A DNA stretch of 64,000 bases from Bilabrum cf. latius (taxonomy: Eukaryota). Below, piece after piece: positions 39,601-51,319 of this stretch. The notes under the pieces were generated by a model. The model saw nothing but the letters and a program-made list of their open reading frames with translations. It had not been told where the DNA came from and ran no database searches. Position numbers and translations under genes: made by a program. Position 1 is the stretch's first letter. Each line of letters opens with the position of its first letter. The stretch is taken from NCBI GenBank assembly GCA_965178125.1, contig OZ237777.1, positions 1 through 64,000 on the forward strand. The letters are read 5' to 3'.

Positions 39601-42254
39601 TCGGAGTCCGCGCAGCACCTACCGATGGGCATCGTTGCCGACGCTCGGAGTCCGTGCAGCACCTACCGATGGGCATCGTTAGCACGAGCGATGGGCTTCG
39701 ATGTCAACGCTCGGAGTCCGCGCAGCACCTACCGATGGGCATCGTTAGCACGAGCGATGGGCATCGTTGTCGACGCTCGGAGTCCGTGCAGCACCTACCG
39801 ATGGGCATCGTTAGCACGACCGATGGGCATCGTTGCCGACGTTCGGAGTCCGTGCAGCACCTACCGATGGGCATCGTTAGCACGAGCGATGGGCATCGTT
39901 GTCGACGCTCGGAGTCCGCGCAGCACCTACCGATGGGCATCGTTAGCACGAGCGATGGGCATCGATGTCAACGCTCGGACCGCCGCGCAGCACCTACCGA
40001 TGGGCATCGATGTCGACGTTCGGAGTCCGTGCAGCACCTACCGATGGGCATCGTTAGCACGAGCGATGGGCATCGTTGTCGACGCTCGGAGTCCGCGCAG
40101 CACCTACCGATGGGCATCGTTAGCACGAGCGATGGGCATCGTTGTCGACGCTCGGAGTCCGTGCAGCACCTACCGATGGGCATCGTTAGCACGAGCGATG
40201 GGCATCGTTGTCGACGCTCGGAGTCCGCGCAGCACCTACCGATGGGCATCGTTAGCACGACCGATGGGCATCGTTGCCGACGTTCGGAGTCCGTGCAGCA
40301 CCTACCGATGGGCATCGTTAGCACGAGCGATGGGCATCGTTGTCGACGCTCGGAGTCCGCGCAGCACCTACCGATGGGCATCGTTAGCACGAGCGATGGG
40401 CATCGATGTCAACGCTCGGACCGCCGCGCAGCACCTACCGATGGGCATCGATGTCGACGTTCGGAGTCCGTGCAGCACCTACCGATGGGCATCGTTAGCA
40501 CGAGCGATGGGCATCGTTGTCGACGCTCGGAGTCCGCGCAGCACCTACCGATGGGCATCGTTAGCACGAGCGATGGGCATCGTTGTCGACGCTCGGAGTC
40601 CGTGCAGCACCTACCGATGGGCATCGTTAGCACGAGCGATGGGCATCGTTGTCGACGCTCGGAGTCCGCGCAGCACCTACCGATGGGCATCGTTAGCACC
40701 TACCGATGGGCATCGTCGCCGACGCTCGGAGTCCGTGCAGCACCTACCGATGGGCATCGTTGCCGACGCTCGGAGTCCGTGCAGCACCTACCGATGGGCA
40801 TCGTTAGCACGAGCGATGGGCATCGATGTCAACGCTCGGAGTCCGCGCAGCACCTACCGATGGGCATCGATGTCGACGTTCGGAGTCCGTGCAGCACCTA
40901 CCGATGGGCATCGTTAGCACGAGCGATGGGCATCGTTGTCGACGCTCGGAGTCCGCGCAGCACCTACCGATGGGCATCGTTAGCACCTACCGATGGGCAT
41001 CGTTGCCGACGCTCGGAGTCCGCGCAGCACCTACCGATGGGCATCGTTAGCACCTACCGATGGGCATCGTCGCCGACGCTCGGAGTCCGCGCAGCACCTA
41101 CCGATGGGCATCGTTGCCGACGCTCGGAGTCCGTGCAGCACCTACCGATGGGCATCGTTAGCACGAGCGATGGGCATCGATGTCAACGCTCGGAGTCCGC
41201 GCAGCACCTACCGATGGGCATCGATGTCGACGTTCGGAGTCCGTGCAGCACGTACCGATGGGCATCGTTGTCGACGCTCGGAGTCCGCGCAGCACGTACC
41301 GATGGGCATCGTTGTCGACGCTCGGAGTCCGCGCAGCACCTACCGATGGGCATTGTTAGCATCTACCGATTGGCATCGATGCCGACGCTCGGAGTCCGCG
41401 CAGCACCTACCGATGGGCATCGTTGTCGACGCTCGGAGTCCGTGCAGCACCTACCGATGGGCATCGTTGCCGACGCTCGGAGTCCGCGCAGCACCTACCG
41501 ATGGGCATCGTTAGCACGAGCGATGGGCATCGTTGTCGACGCTCGGAGTCCGTGCAGCACCTACCGATGGGCATCGTTAGCACCTACTGATGGGCATCGA
41601 TGTCAACGCTCGGAGTCCGTGCAGCACCTACCGATGGGCATCGTTGCCGACGCTCGGAGTCCGCGCAGCACCTACCGATGGGCATCGTTGCCGACGCTCG
41701 GAGTCCGCGCAGCACCTACCGATGGGCATTGTTAGCACCTACCGATTGGCATCGATGCCGACGCTCGGAGTCCGCGCAGCACCTACCGATGGGCATTGTT
41801 GCTGACGCTCGGAGTCCGTGCAGCACCTACCGATGGGCATCGTTAGCACGTACCGATGGGCATCGTTGTCGACGCTCGGAGTCCGCACAGCACCTACGGA
41901 TGGGCATCGTTGCCGACGCTCGGAGTCCGCGCAGCACCTACGGATGGGCATCGTTGCCGACGCTCGGAGTCCGCGCAGCACCTACCGATGGGCATCGTTG
42001 TCGACGCTCGGAGTCCGCGCAGCACCTACCGATGGGCATCGTTGCCGACGCTCGGAATCCGTGCAGCACCTACCGATGGGCATCGTTGCCGACGCTCGGA
42101 GTCCGCGCAGCACGTACCGATGGGCATCGTTGTCGACGCTCGGAGTCCGCGCAGCACGTACCGATGGGCATCGTTGCCGACGCTCGGAGTCCGCGCAGCA
42201 CCTACCGATGGGCATTGTTAGCACCTACCAATTGGCATCGATGCCGACGCTCGG
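21689..42254. repeat. 20.5-kb satellite, 44-bp unit GACGCTCGGAGTCCGCGCAGCACCTACCGATGGGCATCGTTGCC with 22/23-bp derived sub-units
   Basis: Continuous array. The sub-units agcacgagcgatg(a/g)gcat(g/c)gtt and agcacctaccgatgggcatcgtt appear from 25998 onward. Confidence 0.98.
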
Positions 42255-43059
42255 GATGCCCCGAGCGCGGTTAACCAGACGCGTGGCGGGGACGACGAAG
42301 GGGCACGGACAGGCCCGTGCAAGCCAGTAGGGCTCGGGAGCGTGGAGGCCCATGGGGAGGGAGGGGCAGCGGAGGCAGCCGAGTGGGGCCAGACCACAAG
42401 GCAGCAGGATTTCTGGCGAAGGCTGAGACGTACGGGTGCGTAGGGAGACAGCAGATCAGAAAGCGTACAGGCAACGAGCCCGCGGTGTCTGCACACAAGT
42501 AGCACACAAGGCCTTCACACAACGTGACACTCTACCAGTATCAACTATGTTTAAGTGGCTCTGTATCTATTTAAGGATGGAATAGGGCCATTTGTGGTGT
42601 TTGATGGGTGAACCATAATTTAGCATTGATATTATACAAGTCTGAAGGTTTAACACTGTACGATCTAGGATTGTGAAAGCCAGAATTGAAGTTTCCAAAT
42701 AGGTGTATCAAGACTTGCGTACGGACCTTTAATTGCGCAAACTAACTAAATTATTAATAGATTATTCATTATATGTGCCTAAATTTGTCATTTTGACAAA
42801 AATTAGCCCCTCGGATATGAATCTAGGAATCTGGGCTAGGGCCCGGCATGGGCCGGCACACGCGAACCTCGGCGATGGTCCTACCAAATGTGCTACTGAT
42901 CCGAGACGTCAGCCTTGATATTGCCCGGTGTGTACCGCGTAATGCACACCGGCACGTCGGTTCAGTCGCTGAGAAAGTCAGCCACCCTCACGTCCACCTC
43001 GAGCCCGCTGGCCTGTCCAGTGCGGGCACCTGGTTCTCAAGGCTCTCACCGCTTCCCGT

Positions 43060-43650
43060 GCTAAAAAGCATTCCCAATTCGCCCTGCACCTAGGTGTGCC
43101 TGTTGCCGTGAGCCACGGCCTTCTTCCACAGAGTACCCGTGGTACTCACCCATGTCGCGCCTCAGGTAGATGGCTGCCCTGCCTCCGTCGGGGATGGTGG
43201 ACTTGGGCCGTGCATGTCCAGCTCTTCCACCCCGCAGATCTCTGCAAGCTTGCACTACTGCCTATCCCGCACGTAGCCCCAGTCCAGATAGATGATACGC
43301 GACAGCGACTCGGTCATGCTTTGACATCCTCCTGTTCTCGATTGACCCCGTGAAGGCCCGGGGCATGGGATCGGCATCGCCCATCTACTTACGATTCTGG
43401 TACATGTCCTCCATCCACATCGCCGGCACTTTGCCATTGTATGTCTTCCAGAGAGCGGTTTGCAGGTCCCACAGCCAGTCGAGCTAGCTCAGCTTCACCC
43501 GTCGTGTAGGCCAACTCCTTGAGCGGGTGCATCGTCGACCACCACCGCCTCATGCAGCTGAAAGGGGCCTCCATCCTGCAGGTCCATCGGATAATAGTGA
43601 CCTGTAGCGCGGTGCCGTCAATGCCCCCCGGCCCAATATGGCATCGCCGG
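43060..43650 (-). pseudogene. Frameshifted protein-like remnant, possibly a transposase
   Basis: Protein-like segments alternate between frames (GIDGTALQVTI; PLKELAYTTGEAELARL; MTESLSRIIYLDWGYVRDR). IDGT at 43611-43622 resembles the first acidic motif of a DDE transposase. Confidence 0.2.
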
Positions 43651-43729
43651 GCCCAGGCCTGCGTTCAGCAGCCGCATCGCGCCAACGACGATGGATCCAC
43701 GAGCCGAGCTGGCCCGGTCAGCACGTTGC

Positions 43730-44848
43730 TCAGAGCTCCTGCTCTCTTGCTGGATTCCGCACTACCGTTGCTGGCCGCTGGGGCGACTGCCCGGACGGGC
43801 TCTGCGGCCCTACCGGCTTGTCTGCCAGAGACTCGGGGCTGCTGCTGCCGCTGTCGGTGCCACTGCTGGTGCTGGTGCTGGTGTCGGGCCCGGACCCTGC
43901 CTCGGCGCTGGCAGCACGTCTCGGTGATGAAGGCAGGCATTTCCGAATGCTCGCGACAAAGACATCTTCCCATTCCTCCTGCTGGTTCCCAGCAAACAGA
44001 AACTGGAAGCAATGCAACAGTGCGCGCATGTCCGGCGTCCATGCAGTGTCCTGCGAGGCCAGCTCTGGAACCAACAGCATCAACAGCCGGCTTGCGCTGC
44101 CCATCCTGCCCTCGAAAGCGACAGGGTCATCATCTATCACATCATCTGCCTTGCGATACTCCTTGAGGAGACGTACTAGTATCATGTCCGGATGACACCT
44201 TTTCAGAACCGGTAAGGCGGCATGCACCACCGCAGTAAGCCTCGTCTTCAAGCTCGGTCCCGGCGATCTGGGAGACTCGCTGCCTGCACCCCCGACCCGG
44301 GGGTACTTGGCGACTTGTTCAACAGCCTAGTCCTCATTGCTGGTCTGTTCGGAGCGACTACGTTTCTGTCCGGGTACATATTGAGTCCCATCGCTAGCAG
44401 CACCATGGACGCGGGGTTCCTGTCGTTCCAATCCCCTCGCTGGGACTCGCCGGCCATCGATATGATCGTGTGCACTCTTTTTCAGATTCGACCATTCGAA
44501 TATTCCGTACTTTCTACCGCATACTTGGCAGCTGATTGCCCTGTCTTCAATCATGCGCACTCGGCAGGCGGGCTCTTTGGCGTGGCCAAAGCAACTACGT
44601 AGTTGGGATCCTATGTGCTCCTTGTCAATCTCCATGACTAACCTATCGAGCTGACGCGACACATAGGCGTCATAGAGGGTTCTTAGGCGGCCATTCACCT
44701 TCTCGCCGGTAATCATTTCGTACTGGCGAACCGCATTCGCAGATGATTTTGGCAGTAGCCGTAGGTTTGATTTGTTCTAAACCAGCTGCTTAACCTCATT
44801 TAAAGAAGCATCTATTTGAGCGGCCGTTAGGGGCCAGACGCGAGGCAT
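43730..44848 (-). CDS. Hypothetical 372-aa protein with a C2H2/BED-like zinc-finger motif (TAG readthrough)
   Basis: From ATG 44848 (MPRVWPLTAAQIDASLNEVKQLV*NKSNL...) to TGA at 43730. TAGs at 44777-44779 and 44327-44329 join track ORFs 44327-44716 and 43730-44251. Motif CQVCGRKYGIFEWSNLKKSAHDH. Confidence 0.6.
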
Positions 44849-45094
44849 TGGGAGCTACGAAAGCTGTCCCGCCCTTGCCTGCCATTTGCCTACGGAACCT
44901 ACTAGAAGTGAATGCGCGGCGCACTCCTACTCCGGGTGAGGCCCTGCCCATCACGGAGTGGCCGACCTGGAGCTTGGCAAGTAGGCGGGGGGCAACAACA
45001 TTGACGAAACACTAGCATCCGCTTGCGCTGCGTCGGACTGCTGAATCGGGAGCCAGGGACCGTGGCGGGTGGAGACCGGACTCGGTGTTCACTG

Positions 45095-46457
45095 AACAGT
45101 ACCCATCCTTCAATCAGCAAAGTGCAAAGGTGGTGCCGCCGGCGGAGTGCGAAGCGCATCCCGGTCTGCAATGATCGGACCGCTGCTGCTCGTGCCCTGT
45201 ACGGATTCTGTGACAGGCAAGGACACCCAGGACCGCATCAGCGTACCTCACCCCCCCCCCCGCTCGTGCACCTGTACGGTAGAACCAGTTTAAAGATACA
45301 TTGATTCGGCTGAGGCAAGTGTGTCCCCGTGGCCGAGCCAAAATTTTGGCTCATTCACGAGGTTCCGCTGCGGCCGGGGACGTCAGCGGCCGATTGCCGA
45401 TTGGCCACCGTCCCACCTTATCCGCATATCCAAATTCAATTCGAAAGGTCCAAATGCCACTGCAAGACCACAACAGGCACAGAACCGCCGGTGCCAGGCC
45501 GTTCCAGTTGCCGGAGCGGTTGGTTTGAGGCGTACCTCACCACTACCCACGCCCGTGCAGAAGTCCCGTGCAGAAGTCCCGTGCACGTGCACGGGGCCCC
45601 GCCCACGTGGTCTGACGCCCTAGGGGCCGTGTGCCTTGCTCCATGCATTCCCACCTTGGCCCCATTCTCTTCCAGCTTGGACGCGCCGGAACTGGCCCCG
45701 CTTCCATCCATCCATCCATCTGCCCGTCCGCCCATCCATGCATCCGGTTGCTGGGCCTCTGCGCGCTGCTGCCCGTCGTGCACCTAAAGCACCTGTACGG
45801 CTTTCGATCCATTTGACAGGCAGGGCGAGGCCCGTGCCGGCTTGCATCAGCGTACCTCACCACCACCCACGCCCGTGCAGAAGTCCCGTGCAGAAGTCCC
45901 GTGCACGTGCACGGGGCCCCGCCCACGTGGTCTGACGCCCTAGGGGCCGTGTGCCTTGCTCCATTGAACCTAGACTACAGATCAGATTTGTTCCTTCAAC
46001 CACACCCATTGGCTCATCTTCACGGCTGCTGCAAACCCCACTGGTTGGCAGTTACCACGACTGGTTCTTCACCGGTCCACCTGAATGCGGTATTCATCTG
46101 ACACTACGAATGTACACACCACTTCCTGTCCTCCCGCCTCGTCTTCCGTCTCACCTCTGCTCCCCATTGCTTCAATCCTGATGTCCGAGTACATATAACA
46201 GCATTCCAACCTTGGCCCCATTCTCTTCCAGCTTGGACGCGCCGGAACTGGCCCCGCTTCCATCCATCCATCCATCTGCCCGTCCGCCCATCCATGCATC
46301 CGGTTGCTGGGCCTCTGCGCGCTGCTGCCCGTCGTGCACCTAAAGCACCTGTACGGCTTTCGATCCATTTGACAGGCAGGGCGAGGCCCGTGCCGGCTTG
46401 CATCAGCGTACCTCACCACCACCCACGCCCGTGCAGAAGTCCCGTGCACGTGCACGT
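45095..46457 (+). repeat. Composite dispersed repeat with an internal 320-bp-period direct repeat
   Basis: Modules shared with 52387-53245, 54310-55150, 57230-57650 and, inverted, 62630-64000. Confidence 0.9.
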
Positions 46458-47184
46458 GGCAACGCCCGTGCACCCACCTACAGGAAGACACCCGGATGCG
46501 GCGAACCCAATTTTTGGAGCGTGGCGAGCTGGGCCCGCTGGGCTGCATCTGGCATGAACAGCCTATGCACGATCGGGCAGCACTTGGCGCTATTCCCCCA
46601 CAGCCCTATCATGAGGTTCCGCATCGCCAGACAGCACAGTCACCGTGCCCGTCACAGCCTTGACAGACACGCCCGACAGAATGCGGCCAGATGCAGCCGA
46701 CACCGCCGCGCCCGAGCCCACAGTCACCACGCCAGGCACCGCGCTCGTCGACGCGCCTAGCCCTCCACGTCTGAATTCGCTGCCCGCATATCCAAACAGA
46801 ATACCAACAGCGCCATTACACGCACCGTGTATTGGATAGTCGAATTCGGCAGCCTGCTGTTCCCTTGCACTAGCGACCCACCCGGCAAGCGAGCCCAACC
46901 CTGGATCCCTTGAGCAGCGGATTCATCCCCAAGAGCCGCCCGAGCGGTGCCAGAGCTCAACAGCTGGTTCCGGGCCAGCTGCCCTTTTCAGCTTGTTTCG
47001 GGTTCTGAATACATCATTCAAATGCGACATGCTTTCTTTGGTTGTGCCGCGTAGCTGCAGAACGAGCGACGAAGGAGCCCTGGTCTCACATGCAGAGGCT
47101 GCCGCATATGCCACCAAGCTCTAGATGAACTCGTGCAAGCGCCAATGCCACAATAACATATGTCCAGCTAGTAATACCGACGTG

Positions 47185-47384
47185 NNNNNNNNNNNNNNNN
47201 NNNNNNNNNNNNNNNNNNNNNNNNNNNNNNNNNNNNNNNNNNNNNNNNNNNNNNNNNNNNNNNNNNNNNNNNNNNNNNNNNNNNNNNNNNNNNNNNNNNN
47301 NNNNNNNNNNNNNNNNNNNNNNNNNNNNNNNNNNNNNNNNNNNNNNNNNNNNNNNNNNNNNNNNNNNNNNNNNNNNNNNNNNNN
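47185..47384. other. Assembly gap (200 N)
   Basis: Run of N. Confidence 1.
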
Positions 47385-48572
47385 CAACCACACCCATTGG
47401 CTCATCTTCACGGCTGCTGCAAACCCCACTGGTTGGCAGTTACCACGACTGGTTCTTCACCGGTCCACCTGAATGCGGTATTCATCTGACACTACGAATG
47501 TACACACCACTTCCTGTCCTCCCGCCTCGTCTTCCGTCTCACCTCTGCTCCCCATTGCTTCAATCCTGATGTCCGAGTACATATAACAGCATTCCAACCT
47601 TGGCCCCATTCTCTTCCAGCTTGGACGCGCCGGAACTGGCCCCGCTTCCATCCATCCATCCATCTGCCCGTCCGCCCATCCATGCATCCGGTTGCTGGGC
47701 CTCTGCGCGCTGCTGCCCGTCGTGCACCTAAAGCACCTGTACGGCTTTCGATCCATTTGACAGGCAGGGCGAGGCCCGTGCCGGCTTGCATCAGCGTACC
47801 TCACCACCACCCACGCCCGTGCAGAAGTCCCGTGCACGTGCACGTGGCAACGCCCGTGCACCCACCTACAGGAAGACACCCGGATGCGGCGAACCCAATT
47901 TTTGGAGCGTGGCGAGCTGGGCCCGCTGGGCTGCATCTGGCATGAACAGCCTATGCACGATCGGGCAGCACTTGGCGCTATTCCCCCACAGCCCTATCAT
48001 GAGGTTCCGCATCGCCAGACAGCACAGTCACCGTGCCCGTCACAGCCTTGACAGACACGCCCGACAGAATGCGGCCAGATGCAGCCGACACCGCCGCGCC
48101 CGAGCCCACAGTCACCACGCCAGGCACCGCGCTCGTCGACGCGCCTAGCCCTCCACGTCTGAATTCGCTGCCCGCATATCCAAACAGAATACCAACAGCG
48201 CCATTACACGCACCGTGTATTGGATAGTCGAATTCGGCAGCCTGCTGTTCCCTTGCACTAGCGACCCACCCGGCAAGCGAGCCCAACCCTGGATCCCTTG
48301 AGCAGCGGATTCATCCCCAAGAGCCGCCCGAGCGGTGCCAGAGCTCAACAGCTGGTTCCGGGCCAGCTGCCCTTTTCAGCTTGTTTCGGGTTCTGAATAC
48401 ATCATTCAAATGCGACATGCTTTCTTTGGTTGTGCCGCGTAGCTGCAGAACGAGCGACGAAGGAGCCCTGGTCTCACATGCAGAGGCTGCCGCATATGCC
48501 ACCAAGCTCTAGATGAACTCGTGCAAGCGCCAATGCCACAATAACATATGTCCAGCTAGTAATACCGACGTG
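47385..48572 (+). repeat. 1188-bp copy of 45997-47184 flanking the gap (probable false duplication)
   Basis: Apparently identical sequence at offset 1388. One copy ends and the other starts exactly at the gap. Confidence 0.9.
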
Positions 48573-48835
48573 CAGGGCACAAAGGCATGCAGAGATAGGC
48601 CTCTTGCCCTCACGTTCGATAGTGCAGCGGCCGCCAGAGACACTGCGCATCGAGCAGCCTCCATCTTGTTTAGCTGCAGCTGCGCGACTTCATCCTTCTT
48701 CAGCTTATCCTAGCTTTGCTATGTCCCTGAATCCAGTTTTTGAGGCTGGCTGGTTGAACCCAGGCAAGGTTGAAGGTTCAAGGAAGGTTCCACTGGCACT
48801 GCGGCGCCGCTGGCTCCGCAGTTAGTTCCGTAATA
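48311..48835 (-). CDS. Hypothetical protein frame (TAG readthrough), start uncertain
   Basis: Frame bounded by two TGAs with three TAGs (48719, 48710, 48509): QPQKLDSGT*QS*DKLKKDEVAQLQLNKMEAARC...HEFI*SLVAYAAA. First in-frame ATG at 48664. Confidence 0.35.
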
Positions 48836-48915
48836 TCAAACGGGCTCCCATCTAACAGATTAGCTGGAACTGGGCAGAATATTGTCCACCGCCATACGCT
48901 GCAATCACATCCTCT

Positions 48916-50929
48916 ATGGACGAATCTGCAGTGACTAGTGGCGACTAGGTGCTTCAACAAGCAATAAGCCAGCTGAGAATGTATGCGGAGCAAGATTCAA
49001 ATATTTTCTTGCCTGACAAACCGAGATAGCTTGTGGTAAGATCGTTCAAGTTGTAGTGCTTGCTGGCTTGATTGCGCACTACGAACTTACGAACGAATCG
49101 TTATTTCCGTCCCCACACAGGTTGATTTCGTTGAGAATATGTATAGCATTTCTTTCGAGGATAAACATTTCTGGGACAAGCCGAAATAGGAAACCAAGCT
49201 TGCTATGGCTTTGAACCGTGAATTAAGCAAAGATAACAGTTTGAGTTTTGGTGAGATCCCGCCAATTGCGGCAGTAAGTTTTCTGGAGAGTTTTGGCAGT
49301 TGGTCCAAGAATGACTGTCTGGCAGACCTTGGCTGTGGTAGCGGCCGATTTCTAATCTTAGCCTGTGCAATTCTGGGCATTCGCGGGGTAGGTATGGAAC
49401 TCATCCCAGCTCGTGCAAGGGCCGGGGCCAATGCTATTCAGCTGTGTCGCCGCCTGACAGAAGAGCAATTCTGTTAGGTAGCCCAAGGCGCTGCCCATCT
49501 AGACACACTTTTCCCTTTAGAGATGGGTGAGGCCCCCGATTTGGCTGCTGCCAGCAGTGCATCTTCTAGTTCTAGCAGTAGCTACACCGTGGTGACCTCG
49601 AGCGCCAGTTCTTCTTCATCTGGTGTTCGAACTGCAGCCGACACGGTCAAACGTGTGTACGGGTTGAGTGATTCGGACATCACGCAGGCATTGTAGGCAA
49701 TCCAATCACTTAATTCGCGTTGCAAGATTTATGGGCAGTCATTCGCTGTGGACGTGAGGCAAGGCCCACTCGAAATTTTGAAAGACCGCCAGGCGATAAG
49801 AGACAGATTGAACAATGCTACAGTGGCGTATTGCTGTAATTATGTGTTTAATGAAAACCTGAATTCGAGAATGCTTGAGGCAGTACGTTCTCTTCCAGAT
49901 TTGCGGCAGTTGATGACGCTAAAATTGATCGGAGATTGCCGGCCATTTTTTATCATGGGAAAGTAGACAAGGGTTGACAATACGTGGTCCAGCTACCAAG
50001 CTCCTGTGTTTCATTACTACCGAGTGCGACGAGCACCGCTCCTTGTAACTAGTTTCGAGCAGCCCTCTGGAGTGGCAACCAGGTCTAAATCCCGCAGTTC
50101 AGTCCACAGCGCCTCTAGTGGTACCGGTGAGGCAGGCTAGATTGATTTGGGCTCAGCCAAGCTCGGCCAAAAGCGAAGCTGGGGTGAACTGCAAGATGGG
50201 GTCTTTGATGATGGGAGTACTGGCCGTACATCAACCCGGACTGGCGAAGCCGGCCGCGCCGCCCATGCTTCTCGGCTCGCCCACGCGAAAATGATCAAAG
50301 AGGCGCGTAGGGCTATATTTCGCGAGCGGATTGAGGCAGACAGGAAGCCAAAGAGACTAAGAGCCGAAGTTTCGCCGGTGTCACGCCGCCTGACCAGATC
50401 TCAAGGCCAGATTGGCAATCTAGAGTTTGCGAAGTTGGATGCATCGGGTAAAAACGCTATCATGTGGGTGGGGAACAAGGAGGAGCCAGATCCCAAGAAG
50501 GAACGTGTCCATACCGCTCAACAGAAGCGCCGACAGGGTGCAACCCTCATTGCAGCGGTACCGCAAGACTCAGATGTCAAGATGAACGCACGGAGGCAGC
50601 ACGCGCAAGTGCTCGGCGCCTGGGCCGCACAAGCCATGCAGCAGGTTCCGCAACACCCTGCAGAGTTCAGCGACAAGGCAAAATAGCGCGCAGTCTACTT
50701 GTCCAGAGCAGTGTTGGCGCTATTCATGGGAACCAGCGATTAGAAAAGCGAGGCAGCGCTTGCGATTAGCTCTTCCTGCCTCACTCGATAGTGCACTGCA
50801 GTATCGGGCTTCTCCCAAAACGCCCCAAGACATGTCCGCAAAGCCTCATTGTACCTATTGGATGATTACAAGCTGCGATCCATTCACGTGTTGCGTTGCA
50901 TTGAGCGACTGAGGGCATGGTGGGGGTGA
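48916..50929 (+). CDS. DOT1: DOT1-like histone H3K79 methyltransferase, 642 aa; join(48916..49035,49121..50929), TAG read as sense
   Basis: DOT1 motifs in the expected order: SFGE (YGE), LADLGCGSG (SAM motif I), GVGMELIP, ATVAYCCNYVF (VIFVNNFAF), QLMTLK, VDNTWSSYQAPVFHYY (VSWT..YY). One frame with 10 TAGs and no TAA or TGA until TGA 50927-50929. Confidence 0.8.
49036..49120 (+). other. Predicted 85-nt spliceosomal intron in the DOT1-like gene
   Basis: GTAAGA donor and pyrimidine-rich ttccgtccccacacAG acceptor. Removing it joins two protein-like frames in phase 0. Confidence 0.7.
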
Positions 50930-51319
50930 AGTCGCTTGGCGTTTTGCTGGCGGTCGCAACAGAGATCGTGCGACCACCATAACCGCTGGGCCAGGCAGGT
51001 GCTGCGACAAGGAGTAGGGGTGATCCGGAAGATGAGGTGGGCGCAGGAGGACAGGAGGTGGAAAGGAAGAGGGGGGCACCGGCACAGGCGACGACAGTGC
51101 GGTGTCAACAGGGAGAACACAACGGGAGGAATGGGGGCTCCAGGTGCAAGGCACGAGGGAGACGCGGGTGGCAGCGGGCTGCAGGGCCAGCAGCACGCAG
51201 AGGGCCAACAGGTGGGTGGACAGATGGAGCGCACGGCAGGTCGGCTTAGGCTAACCCTAAGGGATAAAGACTTCAGCTTGGCCCAAGGCAGGGGAGGCGG
51301 TCTTTCGCGGTTGGGTGAT

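Noticed and set aside
21689-42254. CRISPR-like array (also considered for the 155, 54 and 56-bp repeats)
   Set aside because: There are no unique spacers and no cas genes, and the context is eukaryotic.
21546-42330. The many ORFs across the 44-bp satellite
   Set aside because: The unit length is not a multiple of 3 and all frames give the same cyclic peptide, so this is non-coding satellite.
45997-48572. Biological 1.2-kb tandem duplication
   Set aside because: The apparently identical copies abut a 200-N gap exactly, which is typical of unmerged contig overlap.
48916-50929. In-frame TAGs explained as intron 3' ends or RIP-type decay
   Set aside because: The intron explanation needs many stop-free phase-0 introns of length 3n and cannot explain TAG-GTA-TAG at 10153-10161. 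RIP would also turn CAA into TAA, which is not seen. CAG-specific deamination is less likely but needs the genome-wide test.
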